A stretch of DNA of 63,738 nucleotides, filler included, from Chiloscyllium plagiosum (lineage: Eukaryota), in NCBI RefSeq assembly GCF_004010195.1. It is 4 parts of one record of this genome, joined end to end, with 100 filler letters (N's around TTAATTAATTAA, not from the genome) between each part and the next. Parts side by side here need not be neighbours in the genome. Positions count along the whole stretch, not along the records: positions 20,731 to 48,547 come from NC_057717.1; 3 more parts are not named here. One strand, written 5' to 3'. The number at the start of each line of letters is the position of its first letter. The stretch's first letter is position 1. The position numbers and the translations under genes are program-made. Positions 35,851 to 48,647 of the stretch are shown here, piece after piece. The notes beneath the pieces were generated by a model. It was not told where the DNA came from and made no database searches. It saw only the letters and a list, made by a program, of their open reading frames with translations.

Positions 35851-38849
35851 AGCATTGCTGATCTGTAGGAACAGCTCATCTGGTTCACTTACCTCCTTTA
35901 GGGAAGCACATCTGACACTCTAACCTGGTGTGGCCTATATGTGACTCCAGACCCACAGCAATATGGCTGACTCTGAGCTACCCTCTGTACAATTCAGAGT
36001 GGGGCAATGAATGCTGGTCAAATCAGTAAAACCTACATCGCACGAATAAGTAAAGGTACATATGTCCCTCCCTACCTCTGCAAACACCTCCATCTGCAAC
36101 AATCCTTACTGGCTATGTAACACCATTCAGGCCCTGACCACTCTCTATAACACTCTCACCACCTCCAGCACCTTCACCTAACCCTTATCTTATTGTGTAA
36201 TTAAACCCTGACAATGATTCCCCTTCCGACTGCCCTCCTCCTGCTAGCAGACCCTTTGCAATCCCTTTAAAACTTAAAACACTCTCTCTCTTCAGGATTT
36301 TAAGTACCTTTTGGTGATCTTCTTAGCCTGATAATCTAATATGATCCATTTGTCCTGAGTGAGGGACAGGTGGGAATTTCTTGCTGAGGTTTGATATGTT
36401 TCAATGGAATGTCCTTTTGTGGAGTATTTTTCACTGTCCCTCAAATGTTTTCCACTGTTCATTTACAGACACATATTTCAGTTTGTTTAGACTGTTTACC
36501 TTGGTCAGTTCTCCTCTAAAACTCATGTAACTGTCTATTTTGTTTCTATTTGTAATTTGTCCTTTCTGTGATTCACTTTAACACTTTATATTTCTTTAAC
36601 CTGCGCTTCATCAAAATTTCCCGGAGGATCTCTCCCGGTGACATTACTCATTCACTAAGTTTCATCACACAACGGTCACTCTGAGATAGTTTTGTCCCTC
36701 GCCAGTTGCACAATGTGTTATTCAAAGAAACACTGAAAACGAATTCTACAATCTCCTCTTCAAATATCACTCTTGTCAGTATGATTGTCAAGATTATATG
36801 AATGTTGAAGTTTCATTAAATTATCAAAATACATTTATTAAAAGTTCCAGTGAGTACCTGTTTAATGCAGTGATGAGCAATTAAATGCTGTAAGGTGGCT
36901 AAATCTCTTCTGCTGCTTGTGTCCTTGGCAAGTAGTAGCCAGTATTTACATTCAGACTGACTCGACTTCATGATCTGAAACCAAATGCTTTCTCTGTAAT
37001 ACCTTTGTTATCCATCGTTGTTAGTGTTACCCATTTTGCCTGTGTTTTTGCAAGCTTGTGAACTATTGAATATTTATTTTCCACCTTTTGTTCGCCCTGT
37101 AACTATGTATCTCTGGTGTTTAAATCTCTTTCACCTCTGTGTCACAAATCCATCCGCCTTATTGAAGAGACTTTGTCCATTCCAAAAAAAAACATAATTT
37201 ACTCTTTCCCACAATTTCTTGTCACAAATCTATTCGCTGATGTATAGTTTTATTTAATCTCTATCTCATTCTGTTCCGTTCAGCTTGTCTACGGACGCAT
37301 CCCCACGCTGTTCTGATGCGTCACTTTTTTTCTTTGGATTTGGAAAGCTCCTTTCACCTGAACCCTGTCCCTGCATCCTCTCTGTCAGTCTAAAGCCCTG
37401 TCCATAAACCTACTGACATGATTGGCCAGGACACTGACCCAGCATAGTTCCGGTTGGACAATCCGAATGGACTTTTTTTTAAAATCAAGTATGGGATATG
37501 GATGTCTCTGGCTGACCAAACTTTCTTGCCCAGCCCCAGCTGCCATTCAGCTGAGTAACTTGCTCGGCCAATTCAGTGGGTAATTGAGAGGCAAACATTT
37601 GCTGTGAGGATATCATGCAGACCACGTGAGGATGGGCAGATGTCCTTCTTGAAAGACAAAGTGTTTGAATTTATTGTATATCAGTAATGGTATTGATGGA
37701 TTGTCAATTACTGTTTTTATAATAATTTATTTCAAATTCCACCATTTAAGATGGTGGGGTTCAAACCTGCCTACCCCAAACATTACCTGAGGCTTTGGTT
37801 ACATCCTCTAGCAATAACGCCACTAGGCCATCACATCGCCAGCTCACAGGCTATTCAATCCTGAACACTGATACCAGTGCATCAGGAGCTAAACCTATTT
37901 TTTTTTCCCCTTCATGATTGTTTGATCCTGATAACTTCCTGCAGTCTGGTGATATCACTCAGTATCTCTCCATATGGTATTCCTCATTGTGGGGGTCTAA
38001 TTTCTGCCTCTGTCAGTGTCTCTCACTCTTACAGCTACACCAGATCCTTAGCCAACAGAATCCTCCACTCCAGAGAGACACAACAGCTAAGGCTAGAAAT
38101 GGAGACTGGGATTTTCCAGATCTCTGAGGCACTCAGTGCCATTCTTCATGTGTAATCCTCACGACATCAGTCTAATTTCCCATCCTGTCTATTTCTCTGG
38201 CACCTGTAGGTAATCAGGAAGTTCCTGACTCAATGGACTTCCCAACTACTATGTGTCTCGTCCATCCCCACATTGAAGATGGTTGGTCAGCCAGAGAGAC
38301 AAAGGGCAGGGAGATCTGCAGCCTTCAATAAATCCTGAAGTGAGGTAAGATCACTCACAGTGCTCAGAGCAGAGAGCAATGAGAGGGCTCCAAACAGCGG
38401 CTAACAAGACATGACACAAATACCGTGCTAGAGGGGGAACACAGTCCAACCACACACCAGGTCAATCGCCTCCCCTACTGTAAGTTTTGTTGTACTAAGA
38501 TAGTATCTGGAGTGTCACAGTTATCAATCCAGGCCTGTGATATCTTCGTGAATATCAGTATAACAGAGGGGAAAGCAGGCTTCCCATGAGTGTGTGGGAA
38601 TGTTGCCTGGGATCTTTCTGTTCTGTGTTCCCCCTCCAACACTGTACATATACCATGTCCCGTGGACCAGTGTCTTCAATAATATTTAACTCCTATAACA
38701 GTTCCTGTCCCTGTAACCTCCTCCCTTCCTGATAGTCCCTCCACATATTTGAAATATACTGCATTCCAGACTACCTTCTCTACCGCTGTAATTTGCTTCA
38801 GTGCCTACAACATGCCTGATGTCAGTAGTCTCCTCCTCCAATAACTGGA

Positions 38850-41800
38850 GAAAAAGCCATGCTTAACAGAAACGCTTCCTTCGATCCAACTAGTCCTTGC
38901 TGACCACGGTTCCTGAACGAGTCGCATTTGCCTGCGTTTGGTCCCGATCCCGTCAAACCTTCTCCTCTCCATGTATCTGCCCAAATGTATTTTCAATGAT
39001 TTAATTGTACTTTTGTCTACCACTTCAGCGGCAGCTCATTCAATATGTGCACCATTCTCTGTGTGGAAATGTGCTCCTCTGGTCGCTTTTAAGTATTTCC
39101 TCTCCCAGCTCATATTTTTGCCCTCTAGTTATGGATTCCCCTACACTGGTGTAGAGACCTTCACTATTCACCCTACGTATATCCCTCATGTTTTTATAAA
39201 CCTTCATAAGGCCACCACTCAGCCACCTACACCAAATCATTTGGATAATGATACAAATATCTTTGTCACGGTCCCCACTTCGACATTGCCATTATGTTCT
39301 GGGATACACTTGTTCAGGATCTAGGGCTTTCTCTACCTTTGTTTTCTAAGGCCTCCAGCACCACCTCCTCTGTAATGGAGGCTCTTTTCAAGACATGACT
39401 GTTTCTTTACTTTTGTTTCCTAGTCTTTGTCCACAGTACGTTTTGACATGAAATATTCATTTCGGGTCGCGCCCATTTCCTGTGGTTCCATGCACAGATG
39501 GCCTCATTGATCTTTAAGGGGCTCTATTATCTCTCTAGTAGCCTTTTTGTACTTGTGTGCTGTAGAATCTCTTTGGATTCTCCTTAACCTTATCTGCCAA
39601 CTCTATCTCATTCCCCACATGTTGCTTTCCAGCTTATCCAGCCTCTCTGTTTCTGTCAAATACTCCAGTATCAGTAATATCTTCATCAATCTTTGCTCTA
39701 TTTGCAGTTTCAGAAAATGCTTCCTAAAGCAGGAGGATCAGAATTCTACACAGTATACCAACTGGAGACCCAGCAATATCTTGTTCAGCCGTACCATGAT
39801 GCACCAACCCACGTCCTCAATGCTCCGACCCATGAGGGCTAGTGTGCCTAATCCGCTTTCTCCGCCCTGTCCACATATGATGCCACTTCCAAGGAACAAT
39901 GTAACTGAGGCCCTTGGTCTCGCTCTCTTAGACAACACTGCCCAGGGCCCTACCATTAACTGTGTTTGTCCTCTCTTGGTTCATCTGCACAAAACCCCAC
40001 ACCTGAATTCAACTCCCATCTTTCATTTCTTGACCCACCAGCTCAGTTGATTAAGATCACCTTTGATAAGAAATATTCATTTCGGGTCGCGCCCATTTCC
40101 TGTGGTTCCATGCACAGATGGCCTCATTGATCTTTAAGGGCTCTATTATCTCTCTAGTAGCCTTTTTGTACTTGTGTGCTGTAGAATCTCTTTGGATTCT
40201 CCTTAACCTTATCTGCCAACTCTATTTCATTCCCCCCATGTTGCTTTCCAGCTTATCCAGCCTCTCTGTTTCTGTCAAATACTCCAGTATCAGTAATATC
40301 TTCATCAATCTTTGCTCTATTTGCAGTTTCAGAAAATGTTTCCTAAAGCAGGAGGATCAGAATTCTACACAGTACTCCAACTGGAGACCCAGCAATATCT
40401 TGTACAGCCGTACCATGATGTACCAACCCACGTCCTCAATGCTCCGACCCATGAGGGCTAGTGTGCCTAATCCGCTTTCTCCGCCCTGTCCACATACGAT
40501 GCCACTTCCAAGGAACAATGTCACTGCAGCCCTTGGTCTCTCTCTCTTAGACAACACTGCCCAGGGCCCTACCATTAACTGTGTTTGTCCTCTCTTGGTT
40601 AATCTTCACAAAACCCCACACCTGAATTCAACTCCCATCTTTTATTTCTTGACCCACCGGCTCAGTTGATTAAGATCACCTTTGATAACTGTATTCACTG
40701 CCAACTATAACATGTATTTTACTATCCACAAACTTACTAACAGTAATTCAAATATTCCGTTTTATGTCAATAATGCACATGTATGGACCCTGTACCGATC
40801 CTTCTGGCACACCGCTGGTCAGAGACCCCTTGGCTGCACAACAACCCTCTCCCACTACCCTCTGTCTCCTACTGTCAAGCCTAGTTTGTGTTTGTTTGGC
40901 TTGCTCTCCCTGATCCCATGTGATCTCACCTTACTAACCAGTGCACCAGGCTAAACCCTGCCTAAGGCCTTGCTGAAGTCAGTACAGACAATGTCTCTTG
41001 CTCTGTCTTGATCTCTCTCCTTGGTCACCTCTACAACAAACTCTATCAAGTTTGAGGGATACCCCTTTGTACGCACAAAGCTGTGTTGACTATCTGTAAT
41101 CAATCATTGCCTTTCCAAATGAATGTAACTCCTGTCCAGTGGAATCATTTCCAACAATATTCGCATCACTGACATGATTCTAATTGGTGTTTGTGTCCCT
41201 GGCCTTCCCTGACAGCCTTTCCTATATACTGGCACAACATTAGCCACCCTCCAGGCTCCCAGCTCACCACCCGTGCCTGTCAGTGATAGAAATATATTTG
41301 TAATTTTCGTCCCTAAAATGCCCCAATGTCCTGGGATGTACTTGATTAGGTCCCAGGGAGTTGTCTAATTCTAATGCGTTTTAAAATCTTCAGCACCTCC
41401 TGTTCTCCAATGCGGACTATTTTGAAAACATCACTGTTTATTTCCCTGCTTCCCCAGTATTTATTTCTCCAGTAAGTTCTGACTTGAAATTTTTGTTTCG
41501 GATCTCACCCATTTCCTGTGAGTTCACACACGGATGGCTTCATTGATCTTTAAGGGATCACATTCTGTCTCGAGTTAATCGTCTTTTGTTAATATTCTTG
41601 TAGAATCTCTTTCGATTTTCCTGTACCGTATCTGCCAAAGCTCTGTCAGTTCCCCTTTGGGCCCTCATGATTTCCCTCTTAAGAGTATTACTACACCCAC
41701 AACGTTCTTCAAGGGATTGACTTAATCCAGCTGGCTCTATAGGACATGTGCCCCCTTTTGCTTTGACCAGAACCTCAATATCCCCAGTCATCCAATGTTT

Positions 41801-43960
41801 CCCACTTGTGTCAGCATTGTTCTTCACACTAACAGGAATATGCTGCCCCTGAAATCTTAATTTGTCTCTCTTTTGAGAGAATCCCACTTGCCCGACATCC
41901 GTTTACTTTCAAATAGCCTCCATGAATCAGCTTTTGGGCAGTCTTGCCTAATACATTCTGGACTGGGGCAAGGCCAGTTTTGATCTTTAACTTGTGGACT
42001 AGGCCTGTGCTTTTCCATCGCTATTTTCAAATTATTTGAATTGCTCCCCCACAAACACTTCAGTTCCTTTCACTCCCTTGTATCGCGAAGTGAGGTCAGG
42101 TTTCGTCCCTTCCTATCGGACCAGTTACATACCGACTGAGACAGTTTTCTTGAACACACAGAACAAATTCCTCCCATCCAAGCTGTGAACGTTATGGCAG
42201 TTCCAGTCTAGGATTAGAAAGTTAAAAATCCCGAGCATTGCAACACTATCATTGTTACAGATATCTGAGATCTCCAATGTATTTGTTGCTCTATTTCCCG
42301 CTGACTACGGTGGGCCTATAGTACCGTCATATAAAACTGATCATCCAGCTGTATTTCTCAGTTCTACTAATGCAGCTTCACTGGGCGATCCCCAGGAATA
42401 TCCTGTCTAAGCGCTGCACTGATGTTTTCAGTGATCATAAACACCAATCCCCCTCCTCTCTTGCCTCCCCTTCTATCCTTCCTGTAGCATCTGTCCCTGG
42501 AACATTGAGCTGCCTGTCCTGCCCCTCCCTCAGCTGTATTTCCGTAATTCCTGTGATATCCCTGTCCCATGCTCCCATCCATGCCATGTGTTCATCTGTA
42601 TAACCTGTTAGGCCTTTTACATTAAAGTAGATGCAGCTTAATTGATGCGTTTTCCCGCATTGCCTGCTGTGCTCTTGACTGCCTTGTCAACTGAAATGAC
42701 TCTCTTGAAATTCTATCTAAGCCTCAACCTTCAGACTGTAGCCTGAGACCATCCCCCTCAGTGTGAACAACAACCTCACCTTTCATGTCATCTAGAAACC
42801 TACTAATGTTACCTTCTGCTTTCACATCCGAGTGATTAATGTCCATAAGGAACAGCAATGGCTCCAACACAGATCCCTGTGGTACACCCGCTGGGCAAAG
42901 GCTTTCAATCACAAAATCAACCCTCCAACAATTTTGGATCTAATTTGCCAACTTGCCTTGGATCCCAGTGGCTCTTCCCTTCTGGACCAGCCTTCCACGT
43001 GGGATTTTGACAAAGGCCTTAATGAATTCCATGTAAACCATATCATCTGCACTGCCCTCATCAATATCTTCAATCATAATTTCAAAGAAATTTCAGCTGA
43101 TTTCATCAGACATTATCTTCATCTTCCAAATCCATGCTGACTATCACTAATCAATCCCTGCCTTTCCCGTTATTGATTCAACCTGTCCCTCAGAATTGTT
43201 CCCAATTACCCTCACACTGCTGTCAGACTATCTGCTCTGTAATTACCTGTCCTATCCTTGCTGTCATTCTTGAACAAAGGAACCACATTAGCTATCCTCC
43301 AGTCATTCAGCACTTTACCTGTGGCCAGCAAAGTATTAAATATATCCACCAGGGCCCCAGCAATCCCCTCCCTTACCTCCCATACCGCCTGGAGTACATT
43401 TCATTTAGGTACTGGGGATTTCTCCACCTTTATGCCTGTGAAAATATTTAATACATTCACCTTTTTCGTATGAACATGTTCTGGAACCTCAGCATCCCAA
43501 CTGAAATCCCCGGCTACAATTTCTTTGTCCTGTGTGAATATAGATGCGAAGTATTCATTGAAGACCTCACCAACTTCCTCTGGATCCATGCACAGATTGT
43601 CCCTATGGTTTCTCACTCTGGGAGGCCTCTTACTCTCACGCTGCTGATAAAATACCTGTGGCTTTTCCACAATTGTATCTACCAAATATATTTCATGAAC
43701 ATTGTTTGTCCCTCATTTTCCACAATCCCCTTGTAATCTCTATACTTATGAAGTTCTTCTCCTAATTTTATTGCACTGGGTTTTCTTTATTAAACTCACA
43801 TTGTTATTTGATCAGTATCCGCTGGACTTGTTGCCTTTACTATTCACTCCTTCAAGGAACACCCTGGCCCTGCGTTCTCACTGCATCACTTGGAAATACT
43901 CTACTTTCCTAATATGGACCCACCTGCAGGGAGTTCCTTCCTGTCTCTGTTTGCCAGGAC
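38850..43960 (-). mobile_element. Cluster of nested and abutting CR1 LINE fragments on the minus strand
   Basis: 3' tail at ~38850; LQLEYCVEF; GVPQGSVLEP; GEVFNEYFASIFT; endonuclease start CIYFNVKGLTG at ~42630. Confidence 0.85.
39450..40689. repeat. ~620-bp tandem duplication (2 copies, high identity)
   Basis: GAAATATTCATTTCGGGTCGC at 39450 and 40070; both copies end GATCACCTTTGATAA. Confidence 0.95.
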
Positions 43961-44426
43961 CTCTCTAATGATCGCAATACTGAGAGGGGGACAGACAGGT
44001 GACTGGTTAGCTGCAGAACAGACCCCAGTTTGGTGCACTGTCTCCCGGGTGCCAGGGTCAAGCATATCTCTGAGCGATTACTGAACATTCTGAAGGGGAG
44101 GGTGAACAGCCAGAGGTCATTGTGCACATCAGCCCATATGACAGATGTAGACAAAGTGATGGGGTCCTGTGAAATGAGTACAGGGAGTTAGGTAAGGAGT
44201 TAAATAAGCAGGATATTGACATTAATGATCTCCATGTTACTCCCAGTGCCACATGCCAGTGAGGACAGAAATAGAAAGATAGGCCGAATGGATGTGTGGC
44301 TGAGGAGCTGGTGTAGGGGGCAGGGTTTTCAGTTCTTGGGTTATTGGCATCTCTTCTGGTTTAGAGGTGACCTGTACAAAGGAGATGGTTTGCACTTGAA
44401 GCAGAGGGGCACCAGTATCCCCTTGT

Positions 44427-44744
44427 GGGCGGCACAGTGGCACGGTGGTTTGCACTGCTGCCTCACAGCACCAGAGGCCTGGGTTCAATTCCCGCCTCAG
44501 GCGACTGACTGTGTGGAGTTTGCACATTCTCCCCGTGTCTACATGGGTTTGCTCCGGGTGCTCCGGTTTCCTCCCACAGTCCAAAGATGTGCAGGTCAGG
44601 TGAATTGGCCATGCTAAATTGCCCATAGTGTTCGGTGAAGAGGTAAATGTAGGGGAATGGGTCTGGGTGGGTTGCACTTCGGCAAGTCGGTGTGGACTTG
44701 TTGGGCCGAAGGGCCTGTTTCCACACTGTAAGTAATCTAATCTA
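44427..44744 (+). mobile_element. HE1-like V-SINE (SINE B) inserted in CR1 ORF1
   Basis: Full head, body and tail; TATCCC occurs on both sides (probable target-site duplication remnant). Confidence 0.92.
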
Positions 44745-45724
44745 TCCCAGGGAGGAGATTTGCTCATGTTACCTAGGATGATTTAAACTAGTTTCGCAGG
44801 GAGTGGTGACTCTGAGTAAGAGAAGGACAGTCGAAAAGTCAGCGGAAATACATCAGCCATCAATAGCAAGTTACCTATTCAGGATATCCAGGGGCACAGT
44901 CGAGGGACCGAAAAGGCTTCTGGTTTAAAGAGCATTTATTTCAACACACGAGGCCTGGCTGGTAAGGCAGACGAGCTCAGAGCATGGATTAGCTCTGGGG
45001 ACTGGGATATTACATCCGTAACAGACACATGGCTGAGAGAAGGGCAGGACTGGCAGCTCAGAGTTCCAGGATACAGAAACTACAGGCATGACAGAAGGAC
45101 AATTAATTAAGGAGGGGGAGTTGTCCTTTTGATTAGGAAGGATATAAAAACAGTGCTTCGAGACAATACTGTTAAGCAGTCATCAAATGAGGCCATATAT
45201 TTAAAAGTTAGAAACAAAAAGGGGATTGTCAGACTGCTGGGATCGTGTTCTAGACCCTCAAAGAGCCAGCGGGTACGAGAGGAGCAAATGTGTAATGAGT
45301 TTGCAGGTACCTATAAAAAATAATAGAGTAGTATTGGTTGGAGATTTTAAATTCCCCTGGATTGATTGGGTCACCCAGAGTGTAAAAGGCCCGTACTGGG
45401 TGAAATTTGTCAGATGTATCCAAGAAAGTTTCCGAAATCAAAACGTAGAGGGGTTTACACTACACAGGCGGATGCACCACTGGACTTCCCCTCAGAAAGT
45501 GAGGTCGGGTAAGTGACTGAAGTATCAGTCGGAGAGCACATTGCGTCCAGTGACCACAACTTTGTTTTAGCATAGTTATGGAAAAAGATCAGAGACTTCG
45601 ACAGATTTAGGTTTTAAACTGGAACTGGGCCAATATTGGGGCCATTGAGCAGGATCGAGCTCGATCAGCGTTGATTGGGTGAAGGTAAAAATCCCACAAC
45701 ACCAGGCTATAGTCCAGATGGTTA

Positions 45725-46645
45725 CAGAGGAACCTCGATTATCTGAACGAGTTGGGTGGACACTATTTCGTTCGGATAATTAATTATTTGGTAAATCGAT
45801 TCAATGCCTTTCCTCTGGGGTTCGGAGATCGAGAGTTTTCAGTCCAGTCTGCTCCCTGTTCAGGTGACGAGGCAGCAGCAAGCCATGAGCGAGCCGCCAC
45901 GCCCTGCCAGACCCCAATAGCACATCTCGCTCGCCTCCAAACCCATTCAACACCGCCCCCAGCCCCCCTCAACGTCGCCTCCCCCACCTGCCCCAAACCT
46001 ACCCAACAGTGAACCCTGCCCCCAAAACCATCCGACACCACCCTCCTCCCGCCGCCTGCCCCCACTTCCCAAACATGTTCGACATCACCCTCAGCCCGTC
46101 GCCAAACCCGTCCAACTCCGCCCCCTCGCCCATCACACCCACCGTCCAATCCATGTCCACACCCGTGCCCCCGGCCCCCCGTCCCCATCATCGTCTCCCC
46201 CTTCTGGGCAGCTGGAGTGGACACCAACAGTAAGACATCTACTCCTTTGCTGGGGTAAGTCTCCAAATAGCGCACATGCACATGCACAGACAGCCACACG
46301 CAACTTTTTACTGCAACAGCTCAAAACGTTTCACCTCTGCCCTGTAGAGGAAAATGTTTGAGAGAATATATGGGGAAGGGGGGTTTAGGATTCACCCCTA
46401 TATCGAACTCCAGCGGAGGTGTAGGGAGAGAGGGTGGGAGGTCTGTCATTGGAGATGGTATCTGGGCTCGATGCCCAGGACTGTTCCCGGCAGAATTTCA
46501 GTCAGCTGAGATCGGTTTTAATCAAGAAAAACACAACCAGTGTTGAAACAGCTCTTTGCTGTAATGTTTCTATCGGGACCTCGAGATCTCATTTGGATAA
46601 TCTGATATTGGGTTAATTGATATTTGAACAATCAAGATCCCTCTG
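45725..46645. mobile_element. Tigger/pogo-type (Tc1-mariner) MITE
   Basis: TA|CAGAGGAACCTCGATTATCTGAAC ... GAACAATCAAGATCCCTCTG|TA: imperfect terminal inverted repeats with TA target duplication; no transposase. Confidence 0.8.
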
Positions 46646-46786
46646 TATTTGAAAGCGCTAAATTTAGAAGCTCTGGTGATCATTCTAAAAGATGAAAGAC
46701 TTAATCTAAGCTTGTTTAATATTTCATTCCATGACACTACATTCCTGTTGCTATAAATTCGGTGCTTTAGGATTGTGCTCCACATC

Positions 46787-46821
46787 CACCTGATGAAGAA
46801 GCAATGCTTAGAAAGCTAGTG
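46787..46821 (+). ncRNA. Minimal type I hammerhead ribozyme motif (stem II mismatch)
   Basis: CAC-CUGAUGA-A-GAAGC-AAU-GCUUA-GAAA-GCUA-GUG. Confidence 0.65.
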
Positions 46822-47944
46822 CTTTCAAAGAAACCTGCTGGACAAAAATCTGCTGTTGTATGATTATCAACTTTGTCCACCCCCATCAAACACCGGCACG
46901 TCCAAATCATGACTAAAATCGATTAGGTCAGTCTGTTTGAATGAAAAGGAATGACTGACAAATGGGAGGCTTTTAAAAGTGTGATCTCAAGTATCCAGTA
47001 TGTCCGTGTTAGGGTGAAGGGAAAAGCTAGCAGGTTTAGGAATCCCTGGCCGATGGGAGGTGTCATCACACTGTTCAGGAAAATGAGGAAGGCACACATT
47101 GTCTTTAATGTTTCCGAATCTATGTAACCTCTTACAGTCCTAAGGACACGATCAATCTGGGGAGACCCAAAAGGATTCTCAGGTTGCTGCAGCACTCCCA
47201 ACCTGTAGAACCCACCCCAAATCATGTGACTTTCAGTTCCTCTAAGACTCACTATCTGTGTAACATCCTCCCATCACTGGCACCCCACTATTAATGTAAT
47301 CTCCTCCAGTCTCTCCATCCATTACTCTTCTCCATAACCTTCCACAGCACGTACACCTCTATCTGTGTAAACGTCACTCTCCCCTACAACCCTTCCCACT
47401 TTGACCATTCTGGAGGAGGTTACTTATGCTCCCTTATCTGCGAAACTGTCTCCAACCAAAATTACTGCCCTTCTGTAAAATCTGTCAGACTCCACACCTT
47501 CCATATCTAACTAATCTGCAGAACCTAAACCTTCCTGTATCTATAAACATCATCCATGACTACCCTCTATATCTCTGTTTGGTTCTCCGGTCGATACAAC
47601 CCACTTTCTCTCTAAACTTCTCCATTCACCTAAAACACTCCTGTCTGTGTAAACTGCTCCATCCTACCACACATTGTTCCATCGCCCCCAACCTCCTCAT
47701 CTTCGTGAACTCCTGCAGGTCCTACATCTCTCCACATTTCTGTAACACCCCATGGCTCGATGGTCCTCATTCCCTGTGAAACACCTCCAGTCCAAACAGC
47801 CCTCCCAGTCTGGGTCATCCATTCAAGATCAGGCCATTGGTGTTTCTGTTACCTCTGGCACTCTGAGCAAACCTTCCTAATTTTATTGATTCATTCAGAT
47901 CCCATCCTCTCTAGACTTCCTGCCATTGTGACCCTCCCTATTTA

Positions 47945-48547
47945 GAACACAGAACCTTCCAGCACAGTACAGGCCCTTCGGCCCTTGATAATGTGCCGAT
48001 CTTTTATCCTACTCTTGGATCAAACCAACCTGAAGACCATTCAAAGAAGAAAAGAACAAAGAAAATTTCTGCACAGGACCAGGCCCTTCGGCTCTCCATG
48101 CCTGTGCCGATCGAGATCCTCTGTCTAAACCTGCTGCCTATTTTCTAAGGATCTGCATCCATTTGCTCCCTGCCCATTCATGCATCTTTCCAGATAAATC
48201 GTAAATGACGTTATTGTTCCCAACTCTACCACCTCCGCTGGCAATGAGTTCCAGGCCCGCACCACCCTCTACATAAAGACTGTTCCACGTATATGTGCCC
48301 TAAACCTTTCTCCTCTCACTTTGAGCTTGTGACCGCCAGTAACTGCATTTTGCAATCTGGGGAAAAAGCTTCTTGCTATCCACCCTGTCTACACATTTCA
48401 TGAATTTGTCGACATCAATCAGGTCCCCAGTCAACCTTTGTCTTTCCAATATAATTAATCCGAATCTATTCATCCTCTCTTTATAGCGAGTCCCTTCCAT
48501 TCCAGACAACATCTGGGTGAACTTCCTCTGCACCCTCTCCAAAGCAT
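47945..48547 (-). mobile_element. CR1 3' ends (two stacked tails)
   Basis: LERVQRKFTQML...RLTGDLI; CAGGCCCTTCGGC tail motif occurs twice. Confidence 0.88.
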
Positions 48548-48647
48548 NNNNNNNNNNNNNNNNNNNNNNNNNNNNNNNNNNNNNNNNNNNNTTAATTAAT
48601 TAANNNNNNNNNNNNNNNNNNNNNNNNNNNNNNNNNNNNNNNNNNNN

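Larger units (their letters stand above)
45682..46915 (+). mobile_element. Penelope-type non-autonomous insertion with inverted partial pLTR and hammerhead motif
   Basis: Left arm AAAAATCCCACAACACCAGGCTATAGTCCA is the reverse complement of the right arm TGGAC...CTG.TGTTG..TGATT; CR1 resumes after 46920 with GATTGGGT/GATTAGGT flanks. Confidence 0.75.
43970..47100 (+). mobile_element. CR1 element: ORF1 SGNH-esterase remnant and ORF2 endonuclease, interrupted by SINE B and a nested insertion
   Basis: HCLPGARVKHISERL..ILKGEGEQPEVIVHI and DLYKGDGLHL (ORF1); IYFNTRGLAGKADELRAWI and VGDFKFPWIDW (ORF2). Confidence 0.88.

Noticed and set aside
45752..46324. Pro/Gly-rich ORFs of 170-190 aa (also 54836-55457)
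   Set aside because: GC-rich low-complexity interior of the MITE; frames differ between the two copies.
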